From Macrostomum hystrix (Eukaryota > Animalia > Platyhelminthes), in assembly GCA_950097015.1 (NCBI GenBank), contig CATNEN010000006.1, positions 310,001 to 374,000 on the forward strand: 64,000 nt of DNA. The letters run 5' to 3'. A model generated the notes under the pieces. That model did not search any database, had not been told where the DNA came from, and saw nothing but the letters and a program-made list of their open reading frames with translations. Numbering within the stretch: the first letter of the stretch is position 1; each line of letters begins with the position of its first letter. The position numbers and the translations under genes were made by a program. Shown here one piece after another: positions 47,035-59,200 of this stretch.

Positions 47035-50000
47035 TCAGTCTGTCTCTGATGTATCAAAGTCTGTCGCTATGATTATCTCACAGTCTGTCTCTCTGATTAT
47101 CTCACAGTCTGTCTCTGATGTATCAAAGTCTGTCGCTATGATTATCTCACAGTCTGTCTCTGATGTATCAAAGTCTGTCGCTATGATTATCTCACAGTCT
47201 GTCTCTGTTGTATCAAAGTCTGTCGCTATGATTATCTCACAGTCTGTCTCTGATGTATCAAAGTCTGTCGCTATGATTATCTCACAGTCTGTCTCTGATG
47301 TATCAAAGTCTGTCGCTATGATTATCTCACAGTCTGTCTCTGATGTATCAAAGTCTGTCGCTATGATTATCTCACAGTCTGTCTCTGATGTATCAAAGTC
47401 TGTCGCTATGATTATCTCACAGTCTGTCTCTCTGATTATCTCACAGTCTGTCTCTGATGTATCAAAGTCTGTCGCTATGATTATCTCACAGTCTGTCTCT
47501 CTGATTATCTCACAGGCTGTCTCTGATGTATCAAAGTCTGTCGCTATGATTATCTCACAGTCTGTCTCTGATGTATCAAAGTCTGTCGCTATGATTATCT
47601 CACAGTCTGTCTCTGATGTATCAAAGTCTGTCGCTATGATTATCTCACAGTCTGTCTCTGATGTATCAAAGTCTGTCGCTATGATTATCTCACAGTCTGT
47701 CTCTCTGATTATCTCACAGTCTGTCTCTGATGTATCAAAGTCTGTCGCTATGATTATCTCACAGTCTGTCTCTGATGTATCAAAGTCTGTCGCTATGATT
47801 ATCTCACAGTCTGTCTCTGTTGTATCAAAGTCTGTCGCTATGATTATCTCACAGTCTGTCTCTGATGTATCAAAGTCTGTCGCTATGATTATCTCACAGT
47901 CTGTCTCTCTGATTATCTCACAGTCTGTCTCTGATTATCTCACAGTCTGTCTCTGATTATCTCACAGTCTGTCTATGATTATCTCACAGGCTGTCTCTGA
48001 TGTATCAAAGTCTGTCGCTATGATTATCTCACAGTCTGTCTCTGATGTATCAAAGTCTGTCGCTATGATTATCTCACAGTCTGTCTCTGATGTATCAAAG
48101 TCTGTCGCTATGATTATCTCACAGTCTGTCTCTCTGATTATCTCACAGTCTGTCTCTGATGTATCAAAAGTCTGTCGCTATGATTATCTCACAGTCTGTC
48201 TCTGATGTATCAAAGTCTGTCGCTATGATTATCTCACAGTCTGTCTCTGTTGTATCAAAGTCTGTCGCTATGATTATCTCACAGTCTGTCTCTGATGTAT
48301 CAAAGTCTGTCGCTATGATTATCTCACAGTCTGTCTCTGATGTATCAAAGTCTGTCGCTATGATTATCTCACAGTCTGTCTCTGATGTATCAAAGTCTGT
48401 CGCTATGATTATCTCACAGTCTGTCTCTGATGTATCAAAGTCTGTCGCTATGATTATCTCACAGTCTGTCTCTGATGTATCAAAGTCTGTCGCTATGATT
48501 ATCTCACAGTCTGTCTCTGATGTATCAAAGTCTGTCGCTATGATTATCTCACAGTCTGTCTCTGATGTATCAAAGTCTGTCGCTATGATTATCTCACAGT
48601 CTGTCTCTGATGTATCAAAGTCTGTCGCTATGATTATCTCACAGTCTGTCTCTCTGATTATCTCACAGTCTGTCTCTGATGTATCAAAGTCTGTCGCTAT
48701 GATTATCTCACAGTCTGTCTCTGATGTATCAAAGTCTGTCGCTATGATTATCTCACAGTCTGTCTCTGATGTATCAAAGTCTGTCGCTATGATTATCTCA
48801 CAGTCTGTCTCTGATGTATCAAAGTCTGTCGCTATGATTATCTCACAGTCTGTCTCTGATGTATCAAAGTCTGTCGCTATGATTATCTCACAGTCTGTCT
48901 CTCTGATTATCTCACAGTCTGTCTCTGATGTATCAAAGTCTGTCGCTATGATTATCTCACAGTCTGTCTCTGATGTATCAAAGTCTGTCGCTATGATTAT
49001 CTCACAGTCTGTCTCTGTTGTATCAAAGTCTGTCGCTATGATTATCTCACAGTCTGTCTCTGATGTATCAAAGTCTGTCGCTATGATTATCTCACAGTCT
49101 GTCTCTCTGATTATCTCACAGTCTGTCTCTGATTATCTCACAGTCTGTCTCTGATTATCTCACAGTCTGTCTATGATTATCTCACAGGCTGTCTCTGATG
49201 TATCAAAGTCTGTCGCTATGATTATCTCACAGTCTGTCTCTGATGTATCAAAGTCTGTCGCTATGATTATCTCACAGTCTGTCTCTGATGTATCATAGTC
49301 TGTCGCTATGATTATCTCACAGTCTGTCTCTCTGATTATCTCACAGTCTGTCTCTGATGTATCAAAGTCTGTCGCTATGATTATCTCACAGTCTGTCTCT
49401 GATGTATCAAAGTCTGTCGCTATGATTATCTCACAGTCTGTCTCTGTTGTATCAAAGTCTGTCGCTATGATTATCTCACAGTCTGTCTCTGATGTATCAA
49501 AGTCTGTCGCTATGATTATCTCACAGTCTGTCTTCTGATGTATCAAAGTCTGTCGCTATGATTATCTCACAGTCTGTCTCTGATGTATCAAAGTCTGTCG
49601 CTATGATTATCTCACAGTCTGTCTCTGATGTATCAAAGTCTGTCGCTATGATTATCTCACAGTCTGTCTCTGATGTATCAAAGTCTGTCGCTATGATTAT
49701 CTCACAGTCTGTCTCTGATGTATCAAAGTCTGTCGCTATGATTATCTCACAGTCTGTCTCTGATGTATCAAAGTCTGTCGCTATGATTATCTCACAGTCT
49801 GTCTCTGATGTATCAAAGTCTGTCGCTATGATTATCTCACAGTCTGTCTCTGATGTATCAAAGTCTGTCGCTATGATTATCTCACAGTCTGTCTCTGTTG
49901 TATCAAAGTCTGTCGCTATGATTATCTCACAGTCTGTCTCTGATGTATCAAAGTCCTGTCGCTATGATTATCTCACAGTCTGTCTCTGATGTATCAAAGT

Positions 50001-52625
50001 CTGTCGCTATGATTATCTCACAGTCTGTCTCTCTGATTATCTCACAGTCTGTCTCTGTTGTATCAAAGTCTGTCGCTATGATTATCTCACAGTCTGTCTC
50101 TGATGTATCAAAGTCTGTCGCTATGATTATCTCACAGTCTGTCTCTGATGTATCAAAGTCTGTCGCTATGATTATCTCACAGTCTGTCTCCTGATGTATC
50201 AAAGTCTGTCGCTATGATTATCTCACAGTCTGTCTCTGATGTATCAAGTCTGTCGCTATGATTATCTCACAGTCTGTCTCTGATGTATCAAAGTCTGTCC
50301 GCTATGATTATCTCACAGTCTGTCTCTGATGTATCAAAGTCTGTCGCTATGATTATCTCACAGTCTGTCTCTGTTGTATCAAAGTCTGTCGCTATGATTA
50401 TCTCACAGTCTGTCTCTGATGTATCAAAGTCTGTCGCTATGATTATCTCACAGTCTGTCTCTCTGATTATCTCACAGTCTGTCTCTGTTGTATCAAAGTC
50501 TGTCGCTATGATTATCTCACAGTCTGTCTCTGATGTATCAAAGTCTGTCGCTATGATTATCTCACAGTCTGTCTCTGATGTATCAAAGTCTGTCGCTATG
50601 ATTATCTCACAGTCTGTCTCTGATGTATCAAAGTCTGTCGCTATGATTATCTCACAGTCTGTCTCTGATGTATCAAAGTCTGTCGCTATGATTATCTCAC
50701 AGTCTGTCTCTGATGTATCAAAGTCTGTCGCTATGATTATCTCACAGTCTGTCTCTGATGTATCAAAGTCTGTCGCTATGATTATCTCACAGTCTGTCTC
50801 TGATGTATCAAAGTCTGTCGCTATGATTATCTCACAGTCTGTCTCTGATGTATCAAAGTCTGTCGCTATGATTATCTCACAGTCTGTCTCTGATGTATCA
50901 AAGTCTGTCGCTATGATTATCTCACAGTCTGTCTCTGATGTATCAAAGTCTGTCGCTATGATTATCTCACAGTCTGTCTCTGATGTATCAAAGTCTGTCG
51001 CTATGATTATCTCACAGTCTGTCTCTGATGTATCAAAGTCTGTCGCTATGATTATCTCACAGTCTGTCTCTGATTATCTCACAGTCTGTCTCTGTTGTAT
51101 CAAAGTCTGTCGCTATGATTATCTCACAGTCTGTCTCTGATGTATCAAAGTCTGTCGCTATGATTATCTCACAGTCTGTCTCTGATGTATCAAAGTCTGT
51201 CGCTATGATTATCTCACAGTCTGTCTCTGATGTATCAAAGTCTGTCGCTATGATTATCTCACAGTCTGTCTCTGATGTATCAAAGTCTGTCGCTATGATT
51301 ATCTCACAGTCTGTCTCTGATGTATCAAAGTCTGTCGCTATGATTATCTCACAGTCTGTCTCTGATGTATCAAAGTCTGTCGCTATGATTATCTCACAGT
51401 CTGTCTCTGATGTATCAAAGTCTGTCGCTATGATTATCTCACAGTCTGTCTCTGATGTATCAAAGTCTGTCGCTATGATTATCTCACAGTCTGTCTCTGA
51501 TGTATCAAAGTCTGTCGCTATGATTATCTCACAGTCTGTCTCTGATGTATCAAAGTCTGTCGCTATGATTATCTCACAGTCTGTCTCTGATGTATCAAAG
51601 TCTGTCGCTATGATTATCTCACAGTCTGTCTCTGATGTATCAAAGTCTGTCGCTATGATTATCTCACAGTCTGTCTCTCTGATTATCTCACAGTCTGTCT
51701 CTGATTATCTCACAGTCTGTCTCTGATTATCTCACAGTCTGTCTCTGATTATCTCACAGTCTGTCTCTGATTATCTCACAGTCTGTCTATGATTATCTCA
51801 CAGTCTGTCTCTCTGATTATCTCACAGTCTCTCTCTGATGTATCAAAGTCTGTCGCTATGATTATCTCACAGTCTGTCTCTCTGATTATCTCACAGTCTG
51901 TCTCTGATTATCTCACAGTCTGTCTCTGATTATCTCACAGTCTGTCTCTCTGATTATCTCACAGTCTGTCTCTCTGATTATCTCACAGTCTGTCTCTGAT
52001 GTATCAAAGTCTGTCGCTATGATTATCTCACAGTCTGTCTCTCTGATTATCTCACAGTCTGTCTCTGATTATCTCACAGTCTGTCTCTGATTATCTCACA
52101 GTCTGTCTATGATTATCTCACAGTCTGTCTCTCTGATTATCTCACAGTCTGTCTCTGATGTATCAAAGTCTGTCTATGATTATCTCACAGTCTGTCTCTC
52201 TGATTATCTCACAGTCTGTCTCTGATGTATCAAAGTCTGTCGCTATGATTATCTCACAGTCTGTCTCTGATTATCTCACAGTCTGTCTCTGATTATCTCA
52301 CAGTCTGTCTCTGATTATCTCACAGTCTGTCTCTGTTTATCTCACAGTCTGTGTCTGATTATCTCAGTCTGTCTCTCTGATTATCTCACAGTCTGTCTCT
52401 CTGATTATCTCACAGTCTTTCTCTGATGTATCAAAGTCTGTCGCTATGATTATCTCACAGTCTGTCTCTGATTATCTCACAGTCTGTCTCTGTTTATCTC
52501 ACAGTCTGTGTCTGATTATCTCAGTCTGTCTCTCTGGTTATCTTACGGTCTGTCTCTCTGGTTATCTCACAGTCTGTCTCTGATTATCTCAGTCTGTCTC
52601 TCTGGTTATCTCACGGTCTGTCTCT
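47035..52625. repeat. 5.6-kb 45-bp minisatellite (diverged dimer of a 22/23-bp monomer)
   Basis: unit ctgatgtatcaaagtctgtcgct+atgattatctcacagtctgtct. Confidence 0.98.
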
Positions 52626-52986
52626 AGCATCTCAGTCAGTGCAGCTACTATCTCTGGAGTATTAAATCAAATCAGTAAAAATATTTTAAGAACATTTTAG
52701 ATCAGAGAATGCGTGGATTATCTATAATCTTATATTTCTCCTGAATTTAATGTAAGTAATAAAATTAATAAAAACAAATCACACAATATGAACATGATGA
52801 TGGATTCAAAGAAACAAATATAGAGAATGAGAAGGACTACAATGTTGACACTTACGTGTACGATTAACAAGTCCTGTGTTTTGACATTGATATATATTTT
52901 GTTCTTTTGAAAAAAAGAAATAATAAAACTGAAAATTAGAACAGAAATGGAATGTTTTTTTTCACTAAAAACTAAAAACTTTTCGT

Positions 52987-53279
52987 TTAAGCTTTTATCG
53001 CTGAGTGCGACTGTTGATGCTGCTGCTGCTGCTGCTGCGGTTGCTGCGGTTGCTGCATCAGCGGCGGAGGTGGCGGTGGCAGCAAATGCTGAAGCAACTG
53101 TGGCGTAGTCGAGCATTGATTCTGCAGTGGCGGCGGCAGCTGCTGATCGTGCACGATGCTGCAAAGTGCAGGGTACGCCTGACTGGGTGTCCTGCCGGCA
53201 CAGAACTCAAACCCGTTTTGAGTAGGACCTGCTGGTACCGGGTTGGCGATGTGCGAGCTAACGGACCTGCCAAACCTCA
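52987..53279 (-). CDS. LDB: LDB candidate terminal exon (Pro/Gln-rich)
   Basis: ctccag|TG AGG...TAA; phase 1 matches donor T|gtgagt at 54901; no conserved motif. Confidence 0.6.
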
Positions 53280-56200
53280 CTGGAGTATTGGCTTGATGGA
53301 CCTACCTGTCTCCATGACCTACCTGATCACTATGACCTATCTGATCTCTATGACCTATCTGATCACTATGACCTACCTGATCTCCATGACCTATCTGATC
53401 TCCATGACCTACCTGATCACTATGACCTATCTGATCTCTATGACCTATCTGATCACTATGACCTACCTGATCACTATGACCGAACTGATCTCCATGACCA
53501 CCGAGTATCTGATCTCCATGACCTACGAGTATTTGATCTCCATGACCTATCTGATCACTATGACCTACCTTATCTCTATGACCTACCTGATCACTATGAC
53601 CGAACTGATCTCTATGACCTACCTGATCTCTATGACCTACCTGACCTCAATGACCTACCTGATCTCCATGGCCTACCTGATCACTATCATGACCTACCTC
53701 ATCACTGTGACCTATCTGATCTCTATGACCTACCTCATCACTGTGACCTATCTGATCTCTATGACCTACCTGATCACTATGACCGACCTGATCTCTATGA
53801 CCTAACTGATCTCCATGACCTATCTCATCTCTATGACCTATCTGATCACTATGACTTACCTGATCTCTATGACCTATCTGATCTCTATGACCTACCTGAT
53901 CTCAATGACCTACCTGATCTCTATGACCTACCTGATCTCTACGACCTACCTGATCTCTATGAAGTATCTGATCACTATGACCTACCTGATCTCAATGACC
54001 TACCTCCTGATCTCTATGACCTACCTGATCTCTATGACCTATCTGATCACTATGACTTACCTGATCTCTATGACCTATCTGATCTCCATGACCTACCTGA
54101 TCTCAATGACCTACCTGATCTCTATGACCTACCTGATCTCTACGACCTACCTGATCTCCATGACCTATCTGATCTCTATGACCTACCTGATCACAATGAC
54201 CTATCTGATCACAATGACCTATCTGATCTCTATGACCTATCTGATCACTATCATGACCTACCTCATCACTGTGACCTATCTGATCTCTATGACCTACCTC
54301 ATCACTGTGACCTATCTGATCTCTATGACCTACCTGATCACTATGACCGACCTGATCTCTATGACCTAACTGATCTCCATGACCTATCTCATCTCTATGA
54401 CCTATCTGATCACTATGACTTACCTGATCTCTATGACCTATCTGATCTGTATGACCTACCTGATCTCAATGACCTACCTGATCTCAATGACCTACCTGAT
54501 CTCTATGACCTACCTGATCTCTACGACCTACCTGATCTCTATGAAGTATCTGATCACTATGACCTACCTGATCTCAATGACCTACCTCCTGATCTCTATG
54601 ACCTACCTGATCTCTATGACCTACCTGATCTCCATGACCTATCTGATCTCTATGACCTACCTGATCACAATGACCTATCTGATCACAATGACCTATCTGA
54701 TCTCTATGACCTATCTGATCACTATGACCTACCTGATCTCTATGACCTACCTGATCACTATGACCGACCTGATCTCTATGACCTACCTGATCTCTATGAA
54801 GTATCTGATCTCTATCATGACCTACATTATTTATACAACCTATGATCTCTCCCTAACATCTGATCTCATTGACCAACCTGTACAGAATCACTGAGACTCA
54901 CAAGGGTAGGCCGACTGCTGCCTGACTGGAGGCTGCTTGCCAGTGAAGAAGCTGTGCTGCTGCGGCGCCGGTGACGGAGGCGGGGGCGGGCAGTGCTGGC
55001 TAAGCATAGAGGTGAACCTGCCGATGGGTCTGCCGGCATCCAGCATGAATTCCTGCACGGCGTAGCTATTGTCCATGCCGTTGGCGCAGTCGGGCATGCG
55101 ATGACAGCCGTTGCTCGGACCGGCGAAAGAGTCCAGCTGGCGATTTTCGAGCCTCGTGATCAGCCGCTCGTCTTCGACTCCGAAATCGCCGCCCATGAGC
55201 GTCGGCTCGCCGACAATCATCACGTCCTAAATTTGCAATGGGAAAACGCGAATAAGTAGGTCTGGCAACTAGAAATTTAATCTAGTTCTTTATCTTTCTC
55301 GCCATCTGGCTGGTCTCTTATCCTCTCTCCCTTCTGATTGGTCGCCGCCACAAACCAACTGCTTTAGTGATTGTTATTCTCTTACCACCTTGTTCTTTCT
55401 CAATTGTGATTGGTCGCCACCACAAACCGCTTTAGTGATTGTTATTCTCTTACCACCTTGTTCTTTCTCAATTGTGATTGGTCGCCACCACAAACCGCTT
55501 TAGTGATTGTTATTCTCTTACCACCTTGTTCTTTCTCAATTGTGATTGGTCGCCACCACAAACCGCTTTAGTGATTGTTATTCTCTTACCACCTTGTTCT
55601 TTCTCAATTGTGATTGGTCGCCACCACAAACCGCTTTAGTGATTGTTATTCTCTTACCACCTTGTTCTTTCTCAATTGTGATTGGTCGCCACCACAAACC
55701 GCTTTAGTGATTGTTATTCTCTTACCACCTTGTTCTTTCTCAATTGTGATTGGTCGCCACCACAAACCGCTTTAGTGATTGTTATTCTCTTACCACCTTG
55801 TTCTTTCTCAATTGTGATTGGTCGCCACCACAAGCCAACTACAAATGCATTCTTATTCTCTATGCAAATTTTCGCCCAAAAATGGAACCTGTTTTGCTAC
55901 TGACACGTCTCGGCAGTAGAGTCTAACAAATATTAATGTCGAAATTTGTAGAGTGTAACAAATAACTTTTCGTTGTTTTATATACGATCGTAAAAAACAG
56001 AAGCTTAATTGTATAAAAAATACGAATATATAGTATTCGAATCCATCTGAGCAAGTTTTCAAAGAGCATGCCAAATTTATCCCTTGCTGCTAAAAAATAA
56101 TTTCACCTACGAGAAACATAAAAAAGATGATTAATTAAAGAGCGAGAGCTAGATGAAGGGCCAGGTGGACAATTTGGGCTGCTGTTCCTGTCTGATCCAA

Positions 56201-59200
56201 ATTATGCCGAGCAATTTTCTTTTCAAGACAATTTTTCTTCTTTGGCTAAAAAAATTCTCCAATGTGGGTGGTTTGTCCGTTCGGCTGACCCCCAGTCAGA
56301 AAATCTGTGGATTGATTGCTGCAACCGACTTTCAATCCGCATTTTCAATCCTAGACCGCCATTTTTTTATCCCAAACCGACTATTTTTATTGCAAACCCA
56401 CTCTGCTATTTTCACTCCCGATTTGCAATTTTCACTCTCGATCTGTCATTTTCACTCCCGATTTGCCATTTTCACTCTCGATCTGTCATTTTCACTCCCG
56501 ATTTGCCATTTTCACTCTCGATTTGTCATTTTCAATCCCGATTTGTCATTTTCACTCTCGATCTGTCATTTTCACTCCCGATTTGCCATTTTCACTCCCG
56601 ATTTGCCATTTTCACTCTCGATCTGTCATTTTCATTCCCGATTTGTCATTTTCACTCCCGATTTGTCATTTTCACTCTCGATTTGTCATTTTCAATCCCG
56701 ATTTGTCATTTTCACTCTCGATCTGTCATTTTCACTCCCGATTTGCCATTTTCACTCCCGATTTGCCATTTTCACTCTCGATCTGTCATTTTCACTCTCG
56801 ATTTGTCATTTTCACTCTCGATCAGTCATTTTCACTCCCGATTTGCCATTTTCACTCTCGATCAGTCATTTTCACTCCCGATTTGCCATTTTCACTCTCG
56901 ATCAGTCATTTTCACTCCCGATTTGTCATTTTCACTCCCGATTTGTCATTTTCACTCCCGATTTGTCATTTTCACTCTCGATCTGTCATTTTCAATCCCG
57001 ATTTGTCATTTTCACTCTCGATTTGTCATTTTCAATCCCGATTTGTCATTTTCACTCTCGATCTGTCATTTTCACTCTCGATTTGCCATTTTCACTCCCG
57101 ATTTGCCATTTTCACTCTCGATCTGTCATTTTCACTCCCGATTTGTCATTTTCACTCTCGATTTGTCATTTTCACTCTCGATTTGTCACTTTCACTCCCG
57201 ATCTGTCATTTTCACTCTCGATCTGTCATTTTCACTCTCGATTTGTCATTTTCACTCTCGATCTGTCATTTTCACTCTCGATTTGTCATTTTCACTCTCG
57301 ATTTGTCATTTTCACTCTCGATTTGTCATTTTCACTCCCGATTTGTCATTTTCACTCTCGATTTGTCATTTTCACTCCCGATTTGTCATTTTCAATCCCG
57401 ATTTGTCATTTTCACTCTCGATCTGTCATTTTCACTCTCGATTTGCCATTTTCACTCCCGATTTGCCATTTTCACTCTCGATCTGTCATTTTCACTCCCG
57501 ATTTGTCATTTTCACTCTCGATTTGTCATTTTCACTCTCGATTTGCCATTTTCACTCCCGATTTGTCATTTTCACTCTCGATTTGTCATTTTCACTCCCG
57601 ATCCGTCATCTTCACTTCCGACCCGTCATTTTCACTCCCGATCTGCTATTTTCACTCCCTGTTTGCCATTTGAACTTTCGATGAATTTTGTTCATGTCAT
57701 ATTTTTTTCGTTTAGCCTCGACATTACACCCTTTTTTTTCGACAAATACCAGTAATTTGCCACGAGTTCTCAGTCTCAATTTTATGAAAGCAACGGTTAA
57801 GTCAATTATTAGAGACCGATTCGTCGACACTAACAATTAAGTAATTGAAACATCAATTCCCAATAAAGCCAGTCAACTCGGATTGATAATTTTCAGAATT
57901 TGGGCATTTAATTAGGCGATCGGAAACGAATGACAAATCCAGATGGGCATACGGCTCGAGGGCCGGAACTGGGAAGCCGCTGGGAAGATAAAGAAGGCGA
58001 ACTAACAGGTCCCTAATTTGATTAGCGCCTCGGCGCAACGGGAGAGGAGGCGCGAGCTCCGCCCCTTCTTTGTCAACGGCCGCGCCAGCTTCTCCCGCTT
58101 TCCCGGCTTGCCTCGAAATCTTCTCGTGTTCCCTCTTTCCCTCAGCATCTCTTCCCAAACCTCCCCCCCCCCAGGGTGGGTAGGGAGTCTTGTACTGGGC
58201 CGGGGGGGGGGTCGCCAAGTAGATCTCAAGCTCAACGGCCTCGGACTTGAAGATAATGCAAAATCCGGTACACGGGGGATTTCTACAGGGGGGATGGGAT
58301 CGGGAAGAGAGCATGGGAGATATGGGCTTGTAGGCTGGGGAGGTGAGCTGGGAGCTGGGCGATGTGTTGCAGTGAGTCAGTGCTCCGGTCTCCAATTTTT
58401 GTCACGTGACTCACCCCGTGCGACTGTTGCAGCGCCTGCTGTTGCTGCTGCTGTTGTTGCTGCTGTTGTTGCTGCTGTTGTTGCTGCTGTTGTTGCTGCT
58501 GCTGTCGTTGGTTTGTCTTCTTCTTTCCCTTCTTGGTGTTGCCGCCGGCCACTACGCCGGCATCAGCTGCTGGTGCATTGCTGTTGCTGCTGCAATTGTT
58601 GTTGGCTTTCCGTTTGCGCTTCTTGCCCTGCGCCCGACTCGATTCTGAAAGATTTTTGAGCAGAAAATAAATTGACAGATTTTTTTGGCACAAAGTTGAA
58701 ATTGAAATTCCCGCAGATAAGAATTGCTACGAGCTAGTTCCAATCTGAGTTTGCAAATCATTCTCTGGAGACCAGATTGCCCAAAAAGCATAATAAACTT
58801 CCTGTGATAAACTTCCAATCACTAAATATCTATAAATAATCCCCATCATGATCAGGCTAATCAGAAATGCAAAAAATTGGAATTTCCAACAAAATTATCG
58901 GCGTAACAAGATTGCACAATCAGTCAAATGAAAAAATCCAAGAATTATCCCACTCAACGATTCAAAGTCTGTCTATGGAACACACTAAAAATCCCACATC
59001 AGTCTACATCTATCCAGAGACAAACATCATAAATCAATCCCTACCCGTGTCACACTAAAATCCCCAATAAATCCCAGTCGATCTCCCACAAAGATCCCCA
59101 ATTAATCCCAGTCCATCTCACACTAAAATCCCCAATAAATCCCAGTCCGTCTCACACAAAAATCCCAAATAAATCCCAGTCGATATCTCACACTAAAATC

